Origin: Phoronis australis | Lineage: Eukaryota > Animalia > Phoronida | DNA length: 64,000 nucleotides | Reading direction: 5' to 3' | Assembly (NCBI GenBank): GCA_002633005.1 | Contig: NMRA01000045.1 | Span: 1,171,552 to 1,235,551 of the forward strand | Part shown: piece by piece, positions 23,501-34,631 of the stretch | How positions within the stretch are numbered: position 1 is the first letter of the stretch | Layout: each line of letters starts with the position of its first letter | Position numbers and translations under genes: made by a program | Notes under the pieces: generated by a model | What the model was told of the DNA's origin: nothing | Seen by the model: only the letters and a program-made list of their open reading frames with translations | Databases searched by the model: none

Positions 23501-26500
23501 GTGAAATCAAACCATTAAATGTTCACCTTGAACAGGGTGCACCATGGTTAGTCATACCTTTCCTAAACTCTTGGGACTGAGTGTGATTTGGACACCGTCT
23601 TACAATATCAGTGACATGCTCTGGCTTCGCGTATATGGCCATAGCGCGGATCTTGCACTGCGCTGGTGGTGGGGAAGCACACTTGAACTTGAACGGGCAA
23701 CTGACTGCCATCCTGGCAAACAATTTCTCAAGACTTTGTGAGTACTGTAACATGATGGAAAAGGTTGATCAGTCAAGCTTCAAACAGATGCCAGGTTTCC
23801 AGCTCAGGGCTTGGAATGACCAATGACAAAAAACGCGGAAAGTTTGAAACTTTTACGGCCCAAATCATAAACAGTCTTGAAATGGTCAATGTGAACCTTT
23901 CCCCGACAAACATCGGGAGGACTAAAAAAAAAAAAAAAAAAACGTTACCACCATCAGTAGCATGCGTCTGCGTCCTTTTAGCTCGCCCGTCCACTCCCAA
24001 TCCACACATTTTTGGCTGCAGAGCGGTAGTATTTGCCGCCGCGCTTAACAATAACACGAGACGCCATTGAAAATCACACCACGCTGTCCCAGATGCCCCG
24101 GCAATGTTGACAATTTACGTTCCTCCGAAACATAAAGAGCAACTTCCGCTTTTCGAGGTGAACGTCGTCTGCAACGCCGCGGTAAGAAAGGAATTTGCCG
24201 CGGAAATTTTATATCAAATCCGATTTTTTTACGCGGAAATGTTATAAAAAAAGCGGAAAGCACATTTGAAAAAAGCGGAAATCCGCGTTTCCGCGGAAAA
24301 TTCCAAGCCCTGCCAGCTGTTCCTATCGTAAAATCTCACCAATTTAGGACACAATTTGGCCGACGAGTGAAATCTTGTTTCGTCATTTTTCCAAGAAAGA
24401 TATGTAGCACCAAATTAAATGATCATCCATGTTCAGCTTTCGTACGACAACTGCCATCAAACATTGTTTTGAAAATCTGTGGGCATACACAACAAGGTTA
24501 AAAGCCCTTGAAAAATGAGAAGGGCATTTTGGCAATTATTTATGTCCGAATTGTGGTGAGATTTTACCGCAATAGAAGGAATAAACTTTGATGAAATCAA
24601 TTTTTAACGTCCGGAACCCGCCCAATCAAAGCTCATAGACCCCGATGATGCCCAAGACCACCATAGATGTATTGCTGCCAAAGAGACGCAGTAAAGTAAT
24701 TTTTTCTCAGATCGAAAGCTTGTATCAGACCTTTTATAAGTCGATAATGCTTCGTGTTCAGCCTAAATGACCACCTCCATGAGACACATCAATAGACTAT
24801 GTCCAAAGTAAGTTGCTGCTTCTTTACCTCCAGACAATCTCTAATACCAGACAGACCTAGGATTCACTCAAGACCTTGAAAAGGATTACGTGAAAAGGAA
24901 AATTTCAATAGTTTTGTCATCGTACCAATGGATTAATAAGTCAATGTCGGGTCTCTAACAAGCAGCAGTCTCTAACAGAGTCTGGAGCATGTCTAAAATT
25001 ACAAAACGCCCGTAAAATCCATACAACACTTGTTGCCCTTCACTAGGCATTCATAAAAAGCCACACTTACCGTCCAAGTTGTAGATTTTGTCTCCTTGGG
25101 TGGCGTTCCCAAAGTCATTTCAAACTTATAGGGACCTGGGTAGTTGGTGCTAAAAAGAAAAGAAAAATTTTCACTTGAGAACCTTACCTGGCAACAACAA
25201 ACAACCAATAAATGATGCCTGGCACACATAACTTAAGAATTTTGTACACGAATGGCAGGTTCACTGATGAATTTTCATTAAAACATGCAAATCAGAGATG
25301 GCACCTCAATTTGCTGAAGTTCCAGTAGTACTGTGGTCTTTTCGTTTGGCGTTTGGCTTAACAAAAATAAAGTCGCAGGATCCCAGAGTAGTCAAAGACT
25401 CTGCTGCAAATTTGAAAATCTATTTGCTTTTCCAAATGTGTCAAAATTTCAGGATTTGTGTCTCCACTTCATAAGAGTTCTTCTAAAACAGCTGCGGCAT
25501 CTGCCTTCGCTGTCGCCTACTGCTTATTACCTTCTTAGTTTTTCACTGTCCAAATTTAATTTTAATATTTTCGTCAATGGTCAGAATAATGTAAAGCATT
25601 TTTACTTAATATTTCCGATACTGCATGTTAGTCGTTATGTATATATAATTACCCAACTTTATTCCGAGTCAAAACACACATAGCCCAGTTGAATAAGTAG
25701 CTTTTTCATTTAACAATTCCTCAATAAATCTCACTTCCGGCATCGCAGTGAAACTCAAAAAGCTGAGCGTCACTAGGCTTCAAATTGTGAGAAGCCCAGA
25801 GATCACATTAAGATTGTCCTATAAGTAATGATCTCCTTATAATGCAGTTCTAAATTTTCACAGCTGTTAAAACCAGGTGCAACTAGGTCTCTAGTGCTTG
25901 GCTCACCATCAGATGGTTTATCAAACAACTAGTAAGTGGTCACACCCCAAAAGTTTATTCAGAAAACTGATCAAAGGTCTCATGATGAAAGAGGCAAGTT
26001 CTAAAAATTGCAGACTTCGAAATGGACCAAAATTTTCATCAACTAAATAATATGCAGCAATTTAAATGACATCACTTCACTGTCAAAATTTTGATTCAAC
26101 ATTCAAGTGAGCATGGTCATAAATAAACAACAAACAACATACTTCGACGGGAGAGTTGGCACTGGTGCCACTGACATCTGCATCGGGGATGTAGCTTCAC
26201 CCTGGAGAAAACAAAATACTCACTTCAATTACAGGACTAGACGTCTAGAAATTTCAATGAAGTGCACTCTTGATGCCATCCAGGAAATGCTATTTCAGTG
26301 ACTCCAGAAAAGACGGAGTAACTTTGTTGAAAACCATTTTATGAGAAACAAACAGGTTCTAAGGTGCTTTATTAAAAGACTGCAGTTGGCGTTAAAAACA
26401 GAGATTTATAAGGCTATCTTAAGCTTTTACATAAGTAAAACAGAACAAATCAAAACAAGTTGGCTGTTGTTGTAGCATGGCGTTCCACTTCAAGCAAACT

Positions 26501-29500
26501 GGAAACTTTTTGCACCAATATCATGGGGTAACACAATCATTTTTAAGAACTTGTGCGCTTACATTCTGGTAGATGGGGGTGCACGAGCCTGCTTGGCTCC
26601 CTGGACTAGACGGATGGCCATCAGGAATGACCCCGAACTGCAAATACAAATTGTATTGTTTACGTATCACATATGGAACTCCACAGGACTACTGGAGAAG
26701 CTGGGACTATGTCTACATAAAGTGCCCAGCATCCAAGTTGAGCACGCAATCAGTCACAATATTCAGCTATGTCCCAAAGGGAAGATCGCTGTGTCCCATA
26801 TGTAGGTAATTTTTTGTGTGAATGATTTGACCATTCACACTGGAGTGAACACTGAAGAATGTGACAGTAATGACTCAACATTCTACAGAGAGACCCACTG
26901 AAGCACCGTATGGTCGTGACTGATATGACAATCAATCAAAAACTGAGCATGGTACCTCAAAATGTGAGTGTGGCGGTCAAACTTAAGTGTGAGGGCTCAA
27001 AAATAGAGCATGGGGCTCAAAATTTGAGCATGGTGGGCCGACAGTGGTGTTAAATCTGTTGATTCAACATTTGAAAAAACACAAAGACCGAGTTTTACAG
27101 CAAATAGCGTGGTATCAGCTGACATAGACGTCCACAAGTTTTCAGGTAATTAATTAAAAAGAGCTAAGGATGGGTGAAAAACAAGATAATTGGTGACACC
27201 TGAGTAACCAGATGCTTCAGCACCTGCAGGTGAAAGACTACGGGTGCATGAACCTAAATACACCCATCACAAGCACCAATACAGGGCCCAGTGTGGCAAA
27301 TATAACTCTACATTCTTTATTAACCACATCTCGGAAACAACACTAACTAAAATAATCATTTTTGTTAAAAGCCAATAAAGACTGTTTCTGCAATGAGTCA
27401 TAACCAAACTTTTTTTAAAACTGGGCTTCATCTTTTCACCAAAACACAAAGTGTACAGAATCTATCACACTTCTATGTCATCTTCCAGGATTTTGATAAT
27501 CTCCAACATAAAAATTAGGTCAATTACTACATTATTGCTTATCTTACTCAGACATTTGTTAAAATCCATGACCTATATCATTACCCTGTGGTCTGCCAAT
27601 CTCACAAAAGCCAAATAGTCAACAAATCTCAAATTCTTCAACAATAATGATAACTTTTATTACTAATTACAAAAAGTTACAACAAACAAGAAGATGGGAA
27701 GGAACTGAAGTTTTTTCAACTTATCAGCCACTTTAATAGAGGAGGATTTAAGTTCTAAATGAGTCTTTTTGGTGTTTCAAAAGTCGTAAAAGTTTTAAAA
27801 CTCTATTAAAATAGTTACTAAAACTCTCTTTGAGAAGGGACTATACAAAACACAAAACCTGCCTTTAGGACTTGATATTCACCAAGTGATGCAGATAAAG
27901 AAAAGGTTCTGTTTCTAACACTTAAATAAATTGAGAGTAGAAAGTACTTCATAAGCACAGAGCTTTTGTGCAGTTGTTCCTGAATGCATGTTATCTTACA
28001 TGTGCCACCTAGAAAGTTTTAAGTTGCCCAATGCCATTAACCTGCCAAGTCTGACACAGCCTACACCTGAGTCTGACTTGACTTGCAGATAAGGGAATGG
28101 GGCAAGTCCAGACATGTTTATAACCAACCCAATGTTGATCAATACATTGTCCCCAAGGTGAATAAGGTCTCAAGGTTAACAATGAGTACTGAAAGCCATG
28201 AAGGCAAATCATAATCAAAAGGTTACTTATGTAAGCCCTGTCCAAACTCAATGATTCATGTAGTCTGTGGTAATTCTTCATCTTGTTGGCAAACAATATC
28301 CTGGACTAGTGAAATTTATTGTCTTTCAAATTTATGAACAAAAATAAAGATTAAGAAAATTCCAGTTCATTTTTAGCTTGCTTTGAACTGTGTATATATC
28401 TTGCGACACTTGGTAAATTTTCAGCAAAGTAATAATTGGCCTAAGTTGACAAATGGAAAATGATAATTTTGGCAATTATTTTTGGGTGAATAAGTGAACA
28501 ATTATCGTAAATGCAAAACTGCCAATCATTTAGAAACCTATACACTAAGCAGCTTTCCACGCAGGAAAATGAAACCTTTTACTTTTATTTCAATTGGGCA
28601 TTATTTCCTACTCTAAATGGACTTTTAGACATTGTTATTAAGTTTTATAAAAACAATATGGACAGTTCTTCAATCTGGAGGTGAGACACTGCAAGCAAGA
28701 CTCACAATACAAACCGTTTGTCTGGCCAACTGAATCAGTTGTAAATTGCCATCTTTCTAGCAGCATTGGTACAGTCAAAGAAAAATTGCTACAAAAGAGC
28801 TTCGACAGAAAATCTGTGGGCATCTCACTCATTGCGCAGAACTATCAGAAGTGAAAGCCAAAAGAATAGAGCACACCCACACAAACTGACCACTATGATT
28901 AATTTTCAGGACTTGCTCACTATGTCTCATTTCCAGTTGGAGTATCTGCAGTGATCGTTCATAATCCCACCTAAACTTGTTTTTAATGCCAGCATCGACT
29001 TCACATACCTTCGTTACATCTCCCTTGTCAACTGTATTCATCATTCTCAGTAGGAAAGTCGATGCAAAAGCAAAACATCCAATGAACATGTCCAAGAAGT
29101 GGGTATTTTTGTAAGAACTGTTATGATTGGCTATCATGCCCTTGCCAACGATGCTTTGACTAAATGCATTGTAGATAACATATATACTACTGCGAAACTT
29201 TGAGAGACTAAGATGACGAAAACATAAACATGAACAATAGTTGTAGAAATGAATGATCCTAGAGCATCACGAAGGTACAAACTACCACTCCCCTCAATGA
29301 ATGAACAAAAAATTCTCAACAGATTTGGCATAATGTAAAAAAGGTGGACTTTTACTCAGAAAAAGCAGAAATCTGCAGAAGACTCTCATTCTCACAAATT
29401 GTCTGATTGCGAAACTAGAGATACCTAGCAAGTGAAGCCTAACAACCACAAGTTTTTCGGTAATAGTCAGTTACAAGGGCCCCGGAATTCAAGAACCAGT

Positions 29501-31926
29501 TTAACACCTGATTTTCAGGGGAGAGAACTGGTTCTCAAATACAGTACCCCTGTAAGTGGAACTTAACCAACTGCACTTCAACAAATTTAGGCAGGACATA
29601 TTTTCACTTCACAAATTGTTGAAATTTGATAATCTGAAAGTATCCTAACTTAAAAAAATCTGTTTTGTGACTTACAAGCAACACATAAAAGATGGACAAA
29701 CATTTTTTAAGTCTGGTCTGTGACCTAATGAACATAAGTCTGAAAAGATTTCTACCCCTATCAAAACTCGAATCCAGGATCTTTGCTAACTATGCAGACC
29801 AGACTTAAAGATGTTTGCGATCTACTTATGTTCATTAGGTCACGTGACGTGGTCAACAGATGGCATGCAGACCTGACTTTAAATGTTTGCTACCTATATA
29901 TCCATGCTAATTCAAGACTTGCTCATTCATAAACAATGTCCATCGTTCCAGTACCCAAGTTTAAGATCAAAAAATTTTAATTATGAGACCAAAATTTATT
30001 TTACAAGCGAAATAAATTTTTGTTGATGTTTTCAAATTGTGTTTAATTACCTAATCGTCTTAGCAATATAAGGTGCAAATTCGGACTCTTCATCCCCACT
30101 ATAAATCCCAATTCAGCTTAAACAAGCCTTGCCATTGACATCCTACTTAACTTTTCTTTAACGATTTTAATATCAGCTGAAACTGACATTGAAAAATAGT
30201 AGCAACCCTAAATGACATGGCAAGACAAACCACATAAATGTACCAAAACACAAATAAAACTCTTCGTGTATTTCTTACAATGTACCAAGAAGCAATAAAA
30301 CAGCTATTGTTTTGACGAGCAACCCCAAGACAATACCAACTTAAACATTTAATTTGTAATTAATTTTGTTACGAACATGATAGACTAAAAGGAATTTCTA
30401 ATCACTTCATGCTGTAGAGTAACTACTGAGTTTTACAGAGAAACACTTGATCAACAGGGGCTATTTATAGCAACCAGATAATAGAAGGAAATCAGACAGA
30501 AGATTTTGGAATCTGTCCAAAATAATTCAAACATGTCAGAACATGTTACCTCAATGTCATATTTTTCTTAAAGTTTTGTGGCGCTATGACAGACATAACT
30601 ACAACAAAAAACAATTTAAAACATCGCGATTTGTTCTCTGCCACTGAATTTTAAGTAAAATAATTTACAAAGAAAAATTGGTCATTGTCAACAAAAACCA
30701 AACTGAAGATAGTGAGAGAAAAAAACACAACATAATGTCAATCACAAAAAATCAAATCATGTTTTTAAATCAACATTAATTTAATAAGCGAGCATTTAAT
30801 AACCAAATAGTAGAATACAAATTAAAAAAATATCTAAGCGCAAGGATGCCATGAATCAGAGACAAAAATCTATGTTATCAAATAAATTAACATCAACAAA
30901 CACATACCTGACTGGAGCTAAATCGATTAACTCTAGGATATCTTAACGTGAACGTCATCATATTAAAACCGAAAATGTTATCAAAAAACTTCAAAATCCT
31001 CACAAGCTATGACCAGCTGACTCGGTAGGCACTCAGTGCACAACGGCTCTGTTGAGTCAACTGACTTAGTGATAATAGGCTCTAAACTAGTAGGACATGA
31101 GACTTGCCCAGACTTGCCCAAAAGCACATGGCTGGGTTCAGTAGCACATTGGCTGAACAGCAATACATGAGCACTGTGACCAATGTAACGTTATTGCACC
31201 ACTGTGTGACATCATGCGCAGAAATGGGCACTTTTGGAGGGAAATGAGCGCAAGTGGGAATTCCCGACGTAACTGATTAGCAACATGCAACAGCAAATTT
31301 TGAATTTGTCAAGATTTTTATGTGAACAACAACACATTCGAAACTGGCAATCTAAACAGTTGATTAAACAAGTTATCTTAAGTTATTCTACAAGTCGACA
31401 CAATTCATTAAGCCAATGTAGTGATAACAAACAAAAAACACTTACCAAATCAGTAATAGTGTCCTGATGCCCAAATTGTGCAGGAACAAAGAGTTTGTTG
31501 ATCACCACCTCCGTGTTCTGTTCATCAGAGGCATACTCATATTGCGGATCAATTGCATTGAGTTGGGTGTATCTGCAAATTGGTTCAGAAACATTCCTTG
31601 CAGATTTGCATAGTGATCAGATAATACTAACAAACCTTGAAATTATGCCTTCTGACACAAATGACCAGCGGTGCAAGCACTTCATAATGAAGACAAAATA
31701 GTAATGGTCAAAAGATGAATTAAGGACTTTGTACAGTGTATGATGCACAGTTCAGGTTTAAAGACTATTTAAACTTATTACTGGAGCATGACAATCGACA
31801 AGGCTACTGTACTTACTCTCCATTTTCAGTCACATTTGAAAGGGCGGACCAGATGCTCTGGAACGCTTCCTGTGAATTCAGCCCCTGTGAGCCAGACAAT
31901 AAATCCGTGATGGATTGTTGTGACAT
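9439..31926 (-). CDS. TP63/TP73-like: p53/p63/p73-family transcription factor, full-length TA-alpha form (616 aa)
   Basis: Coding exons, all GT-AG and phase-consistent: 31817-31926, 31446-31572, 26563-26637, 26143-26201, 25071-25149, 23558-23744, 22667-22880, 21530-21651, 20578-20666, 20088-20209, 13758-14072, 10244-10343, 9439-9690. [15 protein letters not shown] (FxxxWxxL, MDM2-type). DBD motifs [95 protein letters not shown]...[34 protein letters not shown]. Confidence 0.96.
11415..11710 (+). pseudogene. KolX-like (P2X7 cytoplasmic ballast-related) ORF, 5' part, frameshifted and truncated
   Basis: MAGVGD...GGYMFEPEY, then after a frameshift [25 protein letters not shown]. The YxFEP and WCxCxxC...ECLCC pattern is typical of KolX/ballast domains. 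Confidence 0.7.
11700..12503 (-). pseudogene. THAP-domain transposase N-terminus (Kolobok), frameshifted and truncated before the DDE core
   Basis: THAP C2CH: [12 protein letters not shown]...LHRFP...RRTWL...RVCGKHF...LKKDTIPS. Further frames give [19 protein letters not shown] and [11 protein letters not shown]...PEVHL. Confidence 0.85.
13605..13745. repeat. Minisatellite, about 41-bp unit, about 3.5 copies, next to the 13757 donor
   Basis: tacatcaagtctctacatcagtcatcatacactaccacatg repeats at about 13637 and 13678, with partial copies on either side. Confidence 0.85.
14489..14525. repeat. (AAT)n microsatellite, about 12 units
   Basis: aataataataat... seen directly. Confidence 0.95.
17370..17469 (-). 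CDS. Putative alternative terminal exon of the p53-family gene (SAM-less, p53-like basic tail)
   Basis: Acceptor catcgtttcag|G is phase-compatible with the OD-exon donor (CA|G). Encodes [39 protein letters not shown] on - at 17038-17043. Confidence 0.65.
22508..22666. repeat. 37-bp minisatellite, 4 copies, immediately after a DBD exon donor
   Basis: ataccctcaccctctactgcccattatttaaccactc repeated, abutting the GTGAGT donor at 22666. Confidence 0.9.
23805..24312. mobile_element. Non-autonomous hAT-like element (508 bp) with 6-bp TSD
   Basis: TIR CAGGGCTTGGAA / TTCCAAGCCCTG. CCAGCT duplicated at 23799-23804 and 24313-24318. Subterminal GCGGAA repeats. Confidence 0.8.
26938..27035. repeat. Degenerate 20-bp tandem repeat, about 5 copies
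   Basis: aaaactgagcatggtacctc / aaaatgtgagtgtggcggtc / ... / aaaatttgagcatggtggg. Confidence 0.7.
28100..28119. promoter_or_regulatory. Perfect p53-family response element (intronic)
   Basis: GGGCAAGTCC AGACATGTTT equals two RRRCWWGYYY half-sites with 0 spacer. Confidence 0.75.
30529..30548. promoter_or_regulatory. Near-consensus p53 response element
   Basis: AAACATGTCA GAACATGTTA: two CATG cores, 0 spacer, one terminal mismatch per half-site. Confidence 0.5.
30908..30961 (-). CDS. Putative deltaN alternative first coding exon of the p53-family gene
   Basis: ATG ATG ACG TTC...CAG|gtatgt encodes [18 protein letters not shown], 18 codons, phase 0, matching the 26637 acceptor. It lies in the intron after the two TAD exons. 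Confidence 0.7.
31059..31152 (-). promoter_or_regulatory. Putative internal (P2) promoter with perfect p53 response element
   Basis: Inr-like TCAGTT (31064-31059), AGACTTGCCC AGACTTGCCC at 31100-31119, and CCAAT on - at 31148-31152. Confidence 0.7.
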
Positions 31927-33008
31927 CCCAAATCCGTTCTGAAAAGAAAACAACATCTTTAGCAGTTATAGTTCAAAAGCAAGCCAGTCAAGTTTAGTAG
32001 GTCCAGACGTGATCAACAAAAACTGATCTGATATTGATCACTGATGATGTGATACTCATCAGTGGAACATAAGAGATAAAATATCATAATCGCCTCTGAA
32101 CTCAGATGAGGGATAATTCCTGCAAATGCATTTAAACTGATTCATGAAAGCACAGCCCACGCAACCGGCCACCCCGACGTTCAGAGTAACTCTGACGCTC
32201 GAAACAACAATAATAAGAAGCGTGTTCGGAGACGTGAGAGTCACGTGACATTGAGGGGATTTCCCACCTGAAAGAAAACGTTTGCTCGACGTTGAATGAC
32301 GTGGAACCTGGGCGCCTTTGTGAATATTAAACAAACACGCGTGTAATTTTCATTGCAATCAAGAAGTTTGCTGCAGCATAACCAAACGAACGTGACAAGA
32401 ACTGGTCGCTGGGATTTTAACTAATAAAAATAGACTTTCGAAATTTCGGAAGCTCGAGCTGCGGCCATAACTAACAAAAGTTACAAAGTCGACGGAAGCC
32501 GGTGTGATGAGTGGATGTTTACAGCTCAATTATAAAAATAGAGATCTATTACAATAGAACATAATGCATGTTTCGCCATCTCAACCTGTGAATGCATTCC
32601 AATAAAACGTAGCCCTGAATGATTGAATACCGTCAAATATCTTAAAATATAACCAACCTCCACTGCCTGAATATTTACACATGCAGGAACGGAATGTTGT
32701 GATGACATCACAAAATATTTTCTTGTGCCGACGGTTTTCTAGGTTTTACGCTTGATAAACAATCTTTACGCACGAATCCAAAAACACATTAAATTATAAC
32801 GTATATATATATTAGTAAACGAGTCGTTGAGTTTCGTAACGAAATTACTCAAGTATTTTTACTAGAACTATTTCTCTCTCCGTAAGCACAAGGTTAGCAG
32901 TTTGACTCAAGACTTCCGGTTTAACGAGATTTTTGCAATTAATACTTTAAGGGCATCAGAACATTTACGTTTTTATTCCGATTGATAATTAAAAATCCCT
33001 AAGCTTAC

Positions 33009-33111
33009 ATGCCTTATTGCTGACAACAATTTTTTTAATCGAAAATTGTAAAATGACTTCGAATTACGCATGTTCGGGCTTGCCGGGGACTGACGTCACA
33101 CAATTTCCCGC
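33009..33111 (-). promoter_or_regulatory. Putative P1 promoter and non-coding first exon of the p53-family gene
   Basis: Donor CAT|gtaagc at 33008. Near-consensus p53 RE ACGCATGTTC GGGCTTGCCG (33066-33085), full CRE TGACGTCA (33091-33098) and E2F site TTTCCCGC (33104-33111). Confidence 0.6.
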
Positions 33112-33482
33112 CCATAGATACCCTCCGACACAGCGCCACCTATACTGAAAAGCATTGTGAAAGGATGTAGCGATGTCTACGGTGTAGCCCATAGTCATCA
33201 TTGATGTCTGTGTTCTCGCCACTTCCCCCACTGCCGAGGTGAAAACAAACCGATGTGAAAGTTGTACTTAGCACATGTTCTGAACATATTAATCGTTTTA
33301 ACTAACGTTCGCTGGTTGATTAGGCCTTATACATGTACTTTCACTAGTGAAACATGTAATGTTCCGGGGCACTGATAAAAATATAGCGGCGGCCGGATGG
33401 TCATTGATTGGTCCCGGCCCGGGGCGCCATCATCAGTGGCCGCTCTAGTTGACTGATGCTCAGACTGATCCACAAGCCTCGC

Positions 33483-33652
33483 AAGGGGCGGATCCAGGCC
33501 TTTGAGTTGGGGGGCCAGGGCAGGCGGCAGTAGGCCTATCAACCAGAGGATTTTGCAGACATTTGCACCCGGCCCCCGAACTGACAAATTGAATCTTGGA
33601 GAATTTTAGAGGGGGCCATGGCCCCCTTTGTCCCCCTCTAAATCCGTCTCTC
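33483..33652. mobile_element. Degenerate copy of the CAGGGGCGGAT MITE family
   Basis: aggggcggatccagg...gggggccatggccccc...taaatccgtc, sharing internal sequence with 37431 and 54620. Confidence 0.6.
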
Positions 33653-34602
33653 AGTGATGATGACTTTGAAAGTAACACAGTCTCAGAAATGTTTGCAACC
33701 TGGGTGCTGGAAGAACTCTGACAATGCCGACTAGGCGTGAATGAAAGTGGTCGCGCGTATAATTAATGACGACCGAGATTTCCCTCGTTTTTTTTTACGA
33801 CCGAAATCCTTCGCCCGTATTGCCACTCGTAAATATGACCGAGATTTCGACCATTGAACCGGGTAGTCGGCGTGCACAAATAAATCAAGACATTTGTAGA
33901 AATTAAGACCTTTGTACGTTCCACGTACGTGTTATTAAAATGAAAAAACAGTTCAAAATTTGAATGTGTCATTGACACTTAATTGGCCTCTCAGGGACGT
34001 CAATGGTCTAATTTTACTGAATTCCCAATTCCTGAGCACTAAGAACGGGGTGTTGCAATGAGTGCGGGGGTCAACCGAAGTAATCTATATTGTTGCATGG
34101 GACTGCTTTCAAGTCCTCGGTGTAGTTCCCTGCTCCGAAAATTTACCCGTTGCTCTCACAGTCTTACACCATAATACAACTCTACATTAGAAGATTATTT
34201 GATAACATATAATACAAATAAGTGAAAAAACATGCACACACCAATAAACGACCATGCATTCTACAATTAAGGAGGTGACACCAAGCCGTCCATTGCAAAA
34301 TCATGACATAAAAATGAAAACAAAGTATGGCGGGATGCCACTTCATAGATAAGAACTTAAAATTTATGAGTAAATTGTAAGACAAGACGAGTATGAAACT
34401 AGGATCACGATAATAACAGAGTAATAAAAACAGAACGATGTCCACACTAACGTTCTGAAGTACATTGTCTTGAATGTCTCGTAAAGAAAACAGAGTGAAC
34501 TTTACAATAGAAAAAGTCGAAGTAATCTCACTGAGCAGGTGAAAGAAAACGCAACACTAGGTCTATATCCCGTAGAATTTGATATCCAAAGCCGCAGTAA
34601 AC

Positions 34603-34631
34603 CAATGAGCTATACCAGGTATAGCTCATTG
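34603..34631. mobile_element. 29-bp palindrome with 7-bp TSD, probable P-superfamily excision footprint
   Basis: CAATGAGCTATACC-A-GGTATAGCTCATTG flanked by AGTAAAC at 34596-34602 and 34632-34638. Confidence 0.6.

Noticed and set aside
28640-29330. Transposase-like fragment (GIKNKFRWD)
   Set aside because: Too short and decayed to assign, and no termini found.
33128-33147. CTCF site (cagcgccacctat)
   Set aside because: Only the core half matches the consensus.
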